DNA of 64,000 nt from positions 141,732 through 205,731 of the forward strand of contig JBBRAU010000001.1 of assembly GCA_038206475.1 (NCBI GenBank). Direction: 5' to 3'. The DNA is from Patescibacteria group bacterium (GTDB lineage: Bacteria > Patescibacteriota > UBA1384 > JBBRAU01). The notes under the pieces are model-generated. The model saw nothing but the letters and a program-made list of their open reading frames with translations, searched no databases and was not told where the DNA came from. The position numbers and the translations under genes were made by a program. Shown piece after piece: positions 29,462-38,362 of this stretch. The first letter of the stretch is position 1. Each line of letters begins with the position of its first letter.

Positions 29462-31056
29462 GCGGCTTTTTGCTTGGCTAAGGCGGCAGCAACCAGCCCC
29501 AAAAAGAGGGGATGCGGCCGGGTCGGCCGCGACAGGAACTCCGGATGCGACTGTGTGGCTAAAAAGTAGGGATGGCCGGGCAATTCAATTAGCTCGGCCA
29601 AATCGCCATCGGGCGATAAGCCGGACAAGACCAGGCCTGTTCCCTCCAGCTGTTTATGGTAAGCCGGGTTGACTTCGTAGCGGTGACGATGGCGCTCCCA
29701 AATTTTAGATTGACCAAATAGCTCGGCGGCTTGGCTGCCGGCTTTCAGCCGAGCTTGGTAGGTGCCGAGGCGCAGGGTGCCGCCCAGCTCAGTGACATGG
29801 CGTTGATCTGGCAGGTAATCAACGACCGGCTGGGTCGTTTTTGGATCGAACTCGCTCGAGTTAGCATCCGTCAGGCCCGCTAAATCACGCGCGACTTCAA
29901 TCACCGCGCACTGCAGCCCAAGACAAATGCCGAGGAAGGGAATATTGTGCTCGCGGGCGTAGCGAATGGCCGTAATTTTACCCTCAATCCCGCGAATGCC
30001 AAAGCCGCCCGGTACCAAAATACCGTCGACCAGTTGAATCTGTTTGGGCAGCCGCCTGCCTTCAGCATCAATCGAGACAATTTGAACTTTGGCGTCGAGA
30101 GCCGCCCCGGCATGGCGCAGCGCCTCAGAAACCGATAAATAGGCATCAGGGTGGTCGAGGTATTTGCCGACCATGCCAATAGTTATGGTTTTTTTCAGGT
30201 GAGTGACGCGTCGAACCAGCTGCTTCCACTCGGAGAGGTTGCTCTTGCGACTCTTGAGTCCTAGTCGCTTCAAAACAACACGGGCTACGTGCTGCCGCTC
30301 CAAGTTAAGGGGCACTTCGTACAGGCTGTTAACGTCCAGTGCCTCGACGACATTCTCGTCGGCGATGCCGCCAAAGAGAGCGATTTTCTCACGCTCGGCG
30401 GCGGTCAGCGGCCGCTTGCAGCGCACTATCAACATATCGGGTACGATGCCGTAGCTCCTGAGCATGGCAACAGACTGCTGTATCGGCTTCGTTTTGCCTT
30501 CATCTGACGGGTAAATGTAATCCATTTTGACTACGTGGACGAACATGGCATTATGGCGTCCTACTTCCAGCGCATACTGGCGAATGGCCTCAATAAACGG
30601 CAGGGCTTCAAGGTCGCCGACGGTGCCGCCAACTTCGGCGATTAAAATATCTGGCTGATACTTCTCAATCGGCAGGCCCAGGCGTCGTTTAATTTCACCC
30701 GTGACGTGTGGCACCACCTGGATGGTTTTGCCGAGGTAGTCGCCTCGCCGCTCCTGCTCCATCAAGGTGCGGTAGACTGCGCCGGTGGTAAAATTGGACA
30801 GTTTAGTCAAAGCAATGTCCATGAACCGTTCGTAGTGGCCAAGGTCAAGGTCGGTTTCGGCGCCGTCGTCCGTCACAAATACCTCGCCGTGCTGAAACGG
30901 GTTCATGGTGCCAGCGTCTTCGTTTAAATACGGGTCGGCCTTAATTGGAATGACCGAAAAACCCTTATATTTTAAAAGCGCGCCAAGTGAAGCGACCGTA
31001 ATTCCTTTACCAATACCGGAGACAACGCCGCCGGTGACGAAAATGGTTTTGGCCAT
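29458..31056 (-). CDS. pyrG: CTP synthase
   Basis: IFVTGGVVSGIGKG, DLDLGHYERF, GICLG, ERHRHRYE, QSHPEF. Confidence 0.99.
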   Translation of the reverse strand: MAKTIFVTGGVVSGIGKGITVASLGALLKYKGFSVIPIKADPYLNEDAGTMNPFQHGEVFVTDDGAETDLDLGHYERFMDIALTKLSNFTTGAVYRTLMEQERRGDYLGKTIQVVPHVTGEIKRRLGLPIEKYQPDILIAEVGGTVGDLEALPFIEAIRQYALEVGRHNAMFVHVVKMDYIYPSDEGKTKPIQQSVAMLRSYGIVPDMLIVRCKRPLTAAEREKIALFGGIADENVVEALDVNSLYEVPLNLERQHVARVVLKRLGLKSRKSNLSEWKQLVRRVTHLKKTITIGMVGKYLDHPDAYLSVSEALRHAGAALDAKVQIVSIDAEGRRLPKQIQLVDGILVPGGFGIRGIEGKITAIRYAREHNIPFLGICLGLQCAVIEVARDLAGLTDANSSEFDPKTTQPVVDYLPDQRHVTELGGTLRLGTYQARLKAGSQAAELFGQSKIWERHRHRYEVNPAYHKQLEGTGLVLSGLSPDGDLAELIELPGHPYFLATQSHPEFLSRPTRPHPLFLGLVAAALAKQKAA

Positions 31057-31134
31057 ATGCTGCCTTTCGGTGTTTTTCCAACTTTACAAAAAGATGGCCC
31101 GGCTGGCCACCTGTTCTTTTTGCCGATTTCTGGT

Positions 31135-31262
31135 TTGGCAAGAACGTTACCAATTTCTTTGAAAATTGGTAAGAACCTGGCCTACGGCCAGAACCTTGCC
31201 AGCTGCTTCGCATCTGGTAAGAACCTGGCCAACTGCTTCGCATCTGGTAGCGGGGGTTGGAC
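31135..31262 (+). repeat. Cluster of tRNA-end hairpin elements plus a 20-bp copy of the tRNA-Met 3' end
   Basis: TGGTAAG-AACC-TGGCC-TAC-GGCCA-GAAC-CTTGCCA (31167-31201); CTGCTTCGCATCTGGTA twice; 31243-31262 identical to 31420-31439. Confidence 0.85.
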
Positions 31263-31421
31263 AGACCCCTGGCGCGTCCGCCAGCCGGCGGACTTGCCGG
31301 GTACCCCCACACGCTTCGCCTGTCTAGCGGCAGACAGGCGTGTGACCGAACCAAGCTGCGCTTGATTCGGTCACACAACCCAATTACCAGAGAAGTGCCC
31401 ATCTTGCGATGAACACTTCTC

Positions 31422-31497
31422 TGGTAGCGGGGGTTGGACTCGAACCAACGACCTCCAGCTTATGAGGCTGACGAGCTAACCACTGCTCCACCCCGCT
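31422..31497 (-). tRNA. tRNA-Met (CAU), initiator-type but atypical
   Basis: AGCGGGGTGGAGCAGTGGTTAGCTCGTCAGCCTCATAAGCTGG...CCCCGCTACCA; A11-U24 and fMet-like D arm. Confidence 0.9.
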
Positions 31498-31636
31498 ATA
31501 TGCGTGCACAACTTTAACTACTACTCGAATGAATCGAGCTTATATTAGTATACCATTTCTTATTTATGACGTCAATGTCAGAAGATGGCAGAAATGCCAT
31601 AAATATGCTAAAAATATAAGTGGACAGTTCATTTGC

Positions 31637-31735
31637 GCCAGGGTAAGAACTTCGCACTGCGTGCGAAAACCTTGCCCCAGCTCACTTCGTTCGCCAGGGT
31701 AACAACCTGAAGCTTCGCTTCAGAACGTTGCCCTG
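31637..31735 (+). repeat. Two tandem tRNA-end hairpin elements upstream of elongator tRNA-Met
   Basis: GCCAGGGTA (tRNA nt 1-9) at 31637, 31693 and 31743; the first two are each followed by the internal-loop/hairpin unit. Confidence 0.85.
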
Positions 31736-31742
31736 ACCTTCA

Positions 31743-31820
31743 GCCAGGGTAGCTCAGTTGGTTAGAGCGCGTCACTCATAACGACGAGGTTCGTGGGTTC
31801 GATCCCCACCCCTGGCACCA
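31743..31820 (+). tRNA. tRNA-Met (CAU), elongator type (Ile2 not formally excluded)
   Basis: GCCAGGG/CCCTGGC-ACCA acceptor, CGTCA-CTCATAA-CGACG anticodon arm, GTGGG-TTCGATC-CCCAC T arm. Confidence 0.92.
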
Positions 31821-31827
31821 AAATTAC

Positions 31828-32037
31828 ATGATGATATTGAATTTCCGAGCTACTGTTGAACGGAATTGCCAGATAAGCGCCGAGGAAAATGCCTATCTGG
31901 CGTATGTTCCCGATCTTGGGGTAGCGACTGATGGTGATACAGCGAAAGAAGTTCTGATAAGTATTCAAGAGATTGCAAGCATGTTCCTTCAAAGTCTGCG
32001 ACAAGACGGCTTAGTTGTGCCAAAGCCAGCCTTATGA
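31828..32037 (+). CDS. HicB-family antitoxin-like protein
   Basis: YLAYVPDLGVATDGDT.KE....IQE.....L..L..DG..VP HicB pattern. Confidence 0.75.
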   Translation: MMILNFRATVERNCQISAEENAYLAYVPDLGVATDGDTAKEVLISIQEIASMFLQSLRQDGLVVPKPAL

Positions 32038-33851
32038 TCCAAGCTAATATTCGTAATTTTTGTATTATTGCCCACGTTGACCATGGTAAATCGACCCTGG
32101 CCGACCGTATGTTAGAGCTGACCAAAACGGTTGAGATGCGCGAGATGAAAGAGCAGCTGCTTGATCAAATGGACTTAGAGCGCGAGCGCGGTATTACTAT
32201 TAAGTTGCAACCAGTACGCATGCAGTGGCAAGGCGTCGAGATGAACTTAATTGACACGCCGGGACACGTTGATTTTGCCTATGAAGTTAGCCGCTCACTG
32301 GCGGCGGTTGAAGGCGCGGTTCTGTTGGTCGACGCCAGCCAAGGAATTCAAGCTCAAACGCTGGCCAATTTGCGCTTTGCCCGTGAGCATAATTTAGTCA
32401 TTATTCCGGTCATGAATAAAATTGACTTGCCCTCGGCCCGGCCAGAGGAGGTGGCGCTGCAGGTCAAAGAGCTGCTGCAGTGCACCGACGACGACATTCT
32501 GTTTGCCTCTGGCAAAACTGGCGAGGGTGTAACCGATATCTTAGATGCGGTCATTGCCCGCATTCCGGCCCCAAGCGGCCAAGCCGACGCCGCACCGCGA
32601 GCGCTCATTTTTGACTCAATTTACGATCCGTATCGCGGCGTCGTTATTTACGTACGCGTGGCAGACGGCCGGTTGCAAAAAGGAGATCGGGTACGTTTCT
32701 TGGCCACGAAGCGTGAGGCGCAGGTACTGGAAGTTGGCAGTTTCCGACCCAGTTTTCAGCCGGAGGCGGCGCTTGAGAGCGGCGAAATTGGCTATGTGAT
32801 TACCGATGTCAAAGCCGTCCGCGAGGCGCGGGTAGGGGACACACTGGCCCTGTCTGGCAAAGGTGGGGAGACAACGGCCTTGCCGGGCTACCGTGAGCCG
32901 CTGCCGATGGTTTACGCCGGCCTCTACCCGGCCCAAGGCGAGGCTTCAGCCAAGCTGCGCGATGCACTTGACCGTCTGAAATTGCAAGACGCCTCATTGT
33001 CGTTTGAGCCAGAATTTTCGCCAGCCTTAGGCTTCGGTTTTCGGGCCGGCTTTTTAGGTATGCTGCACCTGGATATTGTCCGTGAGCGTTTAGAGCGTCA
33101 CTTTGACCTTGACCTCATCATCACCACGCCGTCAGTGCCGGTTGAGGTGGTGCTATCGAGTGGGGAGGAGCGGATTATCCAGCGCGCCTCAGAGCTACCG
33201 AGCTCCAACGACCCCAGCTCGCGGCTGGGTCAGTTATCGATGGGGGAGATAGTTGAGTTGCGTGAGCCATGGGTGGCGGTTACGATTTTGACGCCAGAGC
33301 AGGGGATGGGCGGCGTGCTGGAGCTTTTGACTGGCCGACGGGGAATTCTTAAAAACGTCGCGCATTCTGGCTCTGGCACAGTCACGCTTGAAACCGAGGC
33401 TCCCCTACTCGGCGTCATTGTTGATTTCGCCGATAAGTTAAAAAGCTTAACCCAAGGCTACGCCTCATTTGACTATCATTTCATTGGTTTTCGGGCGGCT
33501 CCCCTCGCCCGCCTCGACGTTTTGATCGCCTCAGAGCCGGTTGACGCGCTAGCCCAAATTGTCCATAGAGACGAAGCCAAAGCCATTGGTGAACGCATTG
33601 TGACTAAATTGAAAGAGGCAATCCCTCGTCAGCAGTTTGTCATTAAACTGCAGGCGGCCATTGGCGCGACAATTGTTGCCCGCGAAGATATTCCAGCGGT
33701 TGGCAAAAACGTTACCGCGAAGCTCTATGGCGGCGACGTGACGCGTAAAAATAAACTGCTGGATAAGCAGAAAAAGGGTAAAAAGCGGCTGCAGCAAATT
33801 GGCAAAGTGGCTGTGCCAAATGAAGCTTTCTTGGCACTCCTGAGCCGGTAA
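32034..33851 (+). CDS. lepA: Elongation factor 4
   Basis: IRNFCIIAHVDHGKSTLADR, DTPGHVDF, NKID, K.YGGDVTRK.KLL.KQK.GKKR. Confidence 0.99.
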   Translation: MIQANIRNFCIIAHVDHGKSTLADRMLELTKTVEMREMKEQLLDQMDLERERGITIKLQPVRMQWQGVEMNLIDTPGHVDFAYEVSRSLAAVEGAVLLVDASQGIQAQTLANLRFAREHNLVIIPVMNKIDLPSARPEEVALQVKELLQCTDDDILFASGKTGEGVTDILDAVIARIPAPSGQADAAPRALIFDSIYDPYRGVVIYVRVADGRLQKGDRVRFLATKREAQVLEVGSFRPSFQPEAALESGEIGYVITDVKAVREARVGDTLALSGKGGETTALPGYREPLPMVYAGLYPAQGEASAKLRDALDRLKLQDASLSFEPEFSPALGFGFRAGFLGMLHLDIVRERLERHFDLDLIITTPSVPVEVVLSSGEERIIQRASELPSSNDPSSRLGQLSMGEIVELREPWVAVTILTPEQGMGGVLELLTGRRGILKNVAHSGSGTVTLETEAPLLGVIVDFADKLKSLTQGYASFDYHFIGFRAAPLARLDVLIASEPVDALAQIVHRDEAKAIGERIVTKLKEAIPRQQFVIKLQAAIGATIVAREDIPAVGKNVTAKLYGGDVTRKNKLLDKQKKGKKRLQQIGKVAVPNEAFLALLSR

Positions 33852-33904
33852 TTTGACTAATCCAAACATGGGGGGTAGATTAAGGATAAGATTAAAGGAG
33901 GCAT

Positions 33905-34507
33905 ATGTTACAACGTGGCGCACTTCCCCGCCCTGGGTTTACTTTGATTGAGCTATTGGTAGTGATTGGTATCATTGCTATTTTAACGGCGCTCTTAGTG
34001 CCGACGATTACTAATGCCCGCAAACGGGCCACAGCCGGCGTGGCAGTTAACCAGTTAGTAAAGAACTGTGAAGCAGCTAAAAATTATTACGTTGGCGGCG
34101 GCGATATTACGCAATACTTCCAAGATATCGATCGCACAGGCTTGCCTGGCTACAATGCATCAACCACAAGTAGTACTGTTGGAGCTGTAAATCAGTCTTT
34201 CGTTCAAGGTGGACCAACAACTGGGTACTCAAATCAGTGGCAGTTATTTTCCTTTGGACCTCCAGCGAACACCTCGATCGCAACAAACTTTCCCAAATCA
34301 GATCAAGCCATTCAGTTGTACGCATACGATTGGACTAGCGGTGCGGCTGACAAATGGTTGCACGCTTACGATGGTTTAACTGTCGGTAGCTACAAGTTAG
34401 GCACAAACCATGCCGCTATTGCATGTGGCCTCTCAGCTGATGCGAGTCAACCCATTCTTTATTATTATTACAATAATGGCGATTCGCCTTGGCCGAAATT
34501 ACCCTAG
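33905..34507 (+). CDS. Type IV pilin-like protein (paralog 1)
   Basis: Prepilin site G|[16 protein letters not shown] with Glu5; SD AAAGGAGG. Confidence 0.92.
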   Translation: MLQRGALPRPGFTLIELLVVIGIIAILTALLVPTITNARKRATAGVAVNQLVKNCEAAKNYYVGGGDITQYFQDIDRTGLPGYNASTTSSTVGAVNQSFVQGGPTTGYSNQWQLFSFGPPANTSIATNFPKSDQAIQLYAYDWTSGAADKWLHAYDGLTVGSYKLGTNHAAIACGLSADASQPILYYYYNNGDSPWPKLP

Positions 34508-34515
34508 TGTGATTG

Positions 34516-34547
34516 ATTCAAAAAGCGCCTGACGGCGCTTTTTGAAT
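34516..34547. terminator. Bidirectional terminator between pilin and tRNA-Lys
   Basis: ATTCAAAAAGCGCC-tgac-GGCGCTTTTTGAAT. Confidence 0.9.
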
Positions 34548-34558
34548 GTCTTCATGCA

Positions 34559-34634
34559 TGGTGGGCCCATTGGGACTTGAACCCAAAACAAACGGCTTAA
34601 AAGGCCGCTGCTCTACCAATTGAGCTATAGGCCC
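34559..34634 (-). tRNA. tRNA-Lys (UUU)
   Basis: GGGCCTATAGCTCAATTGGTAGAGCAGCGGCCTTTTAAGCCGT...GGGTTCAAGTCCCAATGGGCCCACCA. Confidence 0.95.
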
Positions 34635-35093
34635 ATACGATACCCTTTCGGGCCAAATATGTATCGGTAGTAATGAAAAGTTTCGGCGGTGCGGCGGGCA
34701 TGACAATTGGCGCAGTGTACCTCGCATTTAGAAATCTCGCACTCGACACGCTTCCAGCCCGATCCGGTTTGAACCATCCAGCGTATGGCGCGAATTTTTT
34801 GACCTCGGGCATGGTCGAACTGCAACACCGCAGGATCAGATGCTCCACAATCACGGCAAGGGTTTTGTTCCAGATATTGCCAGACGAGGATATTGTTTAT
34901 CTCACGTACCCGATCTCTTCGTGCGCAAGTAACTTTTCGGTGGTGTTCGGCGTTGCGTGCATAGTATGCGCTTGAGCGCGCCCGATTACATTCACGACAA
35001 TGTAGCTGCAGACCGTCTTTTTTTGGTCCGATTACGATTAAATTGCGCGATATCGCATTCAGTTTTGCAGATCACTCAGCGCTTCGTGTCCAT
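34625..35093 (-). pseudogene. HNH endonuclease pseudogene overlapping the tRNA-Lys 5' end
   Basis: Reconstructs as MDTKR*VICK..KK/DGLQLHCREC...PCRDCG..DPAVLQFDH...KCEVHCANCHARRT; TGA at 35076-35078 and a frameshift in the T7 run at 35018-35024. Confidence 0.85.
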
Positions 35094-35194
35094 ATACATA
35101 TTCTAACTTTGTTCGGGTACAAACATATCGATGATTGTTTAATTCACTCCACACGATACCAAAAAAACCGCTTTTACTCAACTTTCTAGCATCG

Positions 35195-36025
35195 CTACCC
35201 GCGAGCAGCGGTAAAGGAATTTAAAATTGCTTGTTGAGCAGTCGGTAAATCGCTCAGAGAGGTATAGCCGTTAAAAGTAATGGCAAGGTAGGCGTCAAGT
35301 GTCTCGAGACAAAAAGTGATTTCATGTGATCCCGTGTGACCATCGCTGGCGGCCATGTTACGGATGGCAATGAGAGCGGGTTGGCCACTAACGGTGGTTT
35401 GGCCGTTGATTTGAAAAGTGCCAGAGTGACTTTTAGTGAGTTCTTCAAGACTGGTTGCAGCGTATGGACTATTTTTCTTTTCAAGACTGATAGCGATATC
35501 GCTATTTTGACCTTCGGAGTTGCCGTTGGCTGTAGACTCTGGACTACCAAGGAAGATGGTGTCAAAAACGACGGTCTTCTTCCATGTGGTTGGATAACTT
35601 ACCCGATACTCGTCGTTTTCGTAGGTGGTCAGCTGCGTAGCATTTGTTGTTGTGGTGGAAGAAGTATAACTAGATGTCGGCGCACTATTAGTTGCACCAG
35701 AATTAGTAGGTTGGCCAGCAGCTGCCCTCCCTGGAGCTACCTTAGGCGTTGCATTATTTGAAGTCGTTTTAGTGCTCTGGAGTGATTTATTTGTGGCGGG
35801 AGTCGCCGCCGATTGCGAGGTGGCGCTGGGGGAGGCGGTAGATGGCTGTAGGCTGACTTTAGTTGTCTGTGACCGAGCGTCAATTCCGGCTGAAAAGCCG
35901 GCTAGGTCGCCTATTACAATAAAACCGACACCAAGCAGGGTCAGCGCCAGATACTTAGCCGGTGCAGCGATCGGGGTGTGGAAACGACCACGGTTGAGCA
36001 CATCAGCATGCATGATTTTAGACAC
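35195..36025 (-). CDS. Membrane-anchored Ser/Thr-rich protein with PsbP-like C-terminal domain
   Basis: TM, linker, YEN.EYRVSYPTTWK, AQQAILNSF; paralog of 10360..11178. Confidence 0.6.
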   Translation of the reverse strand: MSKIMHADVLNRGRFHTPIAAPAKYLALTLLGVGFIVIGDLAGFSAGIDARSQTTKVSLQPSTASPSATSQSAATPATNKSLQSTKTTSNNATPKVAPGRAAAGQPTNSGATNSAPTSSYTSSTTTTNATQLTTYENDEYRVSYPTTWKKTVVFDTIFLGSPESTANGNSEGQNSDIAISLEKKNSPYAATSLEELTKSHSGTFQINGQTTVSGQPALIAIRNMAASDGHTGSHEITFCLETLDAYLAITFNGYTSLSDLPTAQQAILNSFTAARG

Positions 36026-36039
36026 GGTAATCCTTCTTT

Positions 36040-36534
36040 TTACTCGCCACGACGGGCGCCAAATATAATGACTGCCAGCGGTGCCAGTAGGAGCACCAGG
36101 TTTTTGTACTGCAGAATAGCTGCGGCAATTTTACTCTGCGCTAGAATTTGGCTGAGCTGTCCGGCCGACATGAACTGCAAAAGCGCGGCAATCAGGAGCA
36201 CAGTAGAGCAAAGCGAGAAAAAGGCTACCTCAAAACTGGACAAACTACTAACGCGTCCGCTTTTTAAACCACTCTTTTGCGCCAACAGAATAATCAGGCC
36301 CACAAACAGGGCTGCCATAATACTGAACGGCGACAGCTTGCCGGCCACATAAACGTGAAAGATGGTACGATCGCCGGCCAAAAAGTCGGTGATTGGTTTA
36401 GACCAGGTTTCAGCCACCAGCAACGCCACGTAGGTGGCAAACAGCGTGGTCACGGCGCGGTCGCGTTGCAACACCAAACCATAGCCAACTCCGACTATCA
36501 GCGAAATGCCGAGAAATAGATCCCAACTGGGCAG
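36040..36534 (-). CDS. Multi-pass membrane protein (CvpA-like)
   Basis: About 4-5 hydrophobic segments starting PSWDLF. Start uncertain (CTG after AAGGAGG, or TTG at 36606). Confidence 0.55.
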   Translation of the reverse strand: MPSWDLFLGISLIVGVGYGLVLQRDRAVTTLFATYVALLVAETWSKPITDFLAGDRTIFHVYVAGKLSPFSIMAALFVGLIILLAQKSGLKSGRVSSLSSFEVAFFSLCSTVLLIAALLQFMSAGQLSQILAQSKIAAAILQYKNLVLLLAPLAVIIFGARRGE

Positions 36535-36648
36535 ACCACCCTCCTTGTCTGTACACCTTCTAGTATGGCGATAGTTTAGGTAATTGGTCAAACGGTGATT
36601 GGCCAAAAGTAGATAAGAGGGTTACCCTGAACAAAAAGAAGGAGAAGA

Positions 36649-37146
36649 ATGCCCAGCATTTCTCATGCTGCACGGCCAGCTTTCACGCTTATCGAGCTGC
36701 TGGTGGTTATTGGCATCATCGCCATTTTAACGGCACTCTTAGTGCCGACGATTACTAATGCCAGAAAACGCAGCCAATTTGGTTCAATCGCAAAAATATT
36801 TACGAACGAATGTGAATCCGCGAAGAATTATCTCGTGGCCGGAGGCAATGGTACAATCTATACGGACTACCAGAACGCACCGTTACCTCAACCTTGGCTT
36901 ATATACCTAGAACAAAGTACGTATTTTGGGCTGTCTGGCAAGGCACCTACTGCTACTTCTTTAACCTTGATTCTTTCCCCCTTTACGACGTTGCCGTTGC
37001 CGGCTGGTTGGAATAATCAGTGGGCGCTTGATGGCATGCGTAACCTGGTGGTTGGACAGTACAAATTAGGTAACGCCTATAGTGCCATGTATTGCTCCGC
37101 AGATAGTGATGCTTCGTCGGCGATTAGTTATGGCCCAACAGCTTAA
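36649..37146 (+). CDS. Type IV pilin-like protein (paralog 2)
   Basis: A|[30 protein letters not shown]; SD AAGGAG. Confidence 0.92.
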   Translation: MPSISHAARPAFTLIELLVVIGIIAILTALLVPTITNARKRSQFGSIAKIFTNECESAKNYLVAGGNGTIYTDYQNAPLPQPWLIYLEQSTYFGLSGKAPTATSLTLILSPFTTLPLPAGWNNQWALDGMRNLVVGQYKLGNAYSAMYCSADSDASSAISYGPTA

Positions 37147-37282
37147 TGGAGGCAAGTACGAATAGCACCAAGTTTTCTCGAGTGCACCGCGGTTTCACGC
37201 TTATCGAGCTGCTGGTGGTTATTGGCATCATCGCCATTTTAACGGCACTCTTAGTGCCGACGATTACTAATGCCAGAAAACG
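36681..37282 (+). repeat. 90-bp identical direct repeat (36681-36770 and 37193-37282)
   Basis: DNA encoding the pilin N-terminal helix is identical in the two tandem genes. Confidence 0.9.
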
Positions 37283-37700
37283 GGCCACCTTTTCTGCAGC
37301 TATGAATGCATTGATTGCTAACTGTGAGCGAGCCAAAGAGTATTACATTAATGGTGGAACTGGACTATTCCCTGATATTGATCGGACTGGATTGCCTGGG
37401 TATAGTGCTACGCGCGGCGTTTATAATAATCAGACTTGGGCAAATTCTCCAAATCCGATAGGCACCCTTGGCCAATCTCCAGATTGGAAGCTGTTCTCCT
37501 ATAACGGAATGGATATATGGCTGTATGCCTACAATGACGAGCAGCAGGTTTATCGGACGCAATACAATAATATTACATACGGCAAGTATCGACTTGGACC
37601 CAGCAACTCCACGGCGGCAAGATGTGTACTCTCAGCTGACGCTAGCGCACCCATTCAGTACGATATGAGAGACGCTAATTCGGCTTGGGTCGCGATGTAG
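37146..37700 (+). CDS. Type IV pilin-like protein (paralog 3)
   Basis: G|FTLIELL...; TAATG overlap with paralog 2. Confidence 0.92.
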   Translation: MEASTNSTKFSRVHRGFTLIELLVVIGIIAILTALLVPTITNARKRATFSAAMNALIANCERAKEYYINGGTGLFPDIDRTGLPGYSATRGVYNNQTWANSPNPIGTLGQSPDWKLFSYNGMDIWLYAYNDEQQVYRTQYNNITYGKYRLGPSNSTAARCVLSADASAPIQYDMRDANSAWVAM

Positions 37701-37734
37701 CAATGCTACATCCACTGTTTGACTGACAATTTGA

Positions 37735-38337
37735 TTATGGACGTAAATTCTTCAGCTGCTCCCAGAGTCGCTTCTCTTCTTTAGAGAGTTTATTGGGAAT
37801 GGTTATGCGGGCGCTGATAATAAGGTCTCCTCGGCCGCGTTGGTGACGGCCACCTTTGCCGCGCAGCACAAACTGCTGGCCGGGTTGAGTGCCAGGCGGA
37901 ATATTCAGCTGCACCGTATCGCCGTCAATATTTAAATTGAGCTGGTCGCCAAGTACGGCCTGGCTGGGGCTGAGCTGTACCTCGGCCTGAATGGTGGAGA
38001 AGGCTTGGCTGAAAAAATCAGAGAAGATGTCGCCAATGCCGCCGCCGAAGCCGCCAATATCGCCAAAGTCTTCTGGACGGAAGCCGCCGCCAAACGGTGA
38101 GCCTTGCTGATTCTGTGCGGTGCTGCCGACGCCGGCCGCTCCGAAGCGGTCGTAGCGGGCCCGTTTTTCCACGTTGGACAGCACTTGGTAGGCTTCGTTA
38201 ATTTGTTTAAATTTTTCGGCTTCACCACCGCCGCGGTCGGGATGGTGCTCAAGGGCCAACTTGCGATAGGCACGCTTAATCTCCTCGGCGGAGGCAGTAT
38301 TAGAGACGCCGAGCGTGGTGTAGTAGTCCATTGGCAT
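37735..38337 (-). CDS. Short DnaJ-class chaperone without zinc finger
   Basis: DYY..LGV, HPD motif, G/F region, one C-terminal subdomain; downstream of dnaK. Confidence 0.9.
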   Translation of the reverse strand: MPMDYYTTLGVSNTASAEEIKRAYRKLALEHHPDRGGGEAEKFKQINEAYQVLSNVEKRARYDRFGAAGVGSTAQNQQGSPFGGGFRPEDFGDIGGFGGGIGDIFSDFFSQAFSTIQAEVQLSPSQAVLGDQLNLNIDGDTVQLNIPPGTQPGQQFVLRGKGGRHQRGRGDLIISARITIPNKLSKEEKRLWEQLKNLRP

Positions 38338-38362
38338 GGGTTGGTGAAAATTATTACTTACC

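Noticed and set aside
31167-31262. Short repeats upstream of pyrG as a CRISPR array
   Set aside because: Only 2-3 irregular units, no unique spacers of constant length, and no cas genes.
31007-31402. ORFs with repeated peptides (YQMRSSW, KNLA) upstream of pyrG
   Set aside because: They are translations of the DNA hairpin repeats, with no SD or protein-like features.
35076-35078. In-frame TGA at a Cys position as a sign of UGA recoding (code 25 or selenocysteine)
   Set aside because: TGA terminates ordinary genes here (murJ, udg, grpE, comEC), and the same ORF also has a frameshift, so decay is the simpler explanation.
33905-37700. Pilin variability as a diversity-generating retroelement
   Set aside because: No reverse transcriptase in the window, and no TR/VR pair differing only at adenines was seen.
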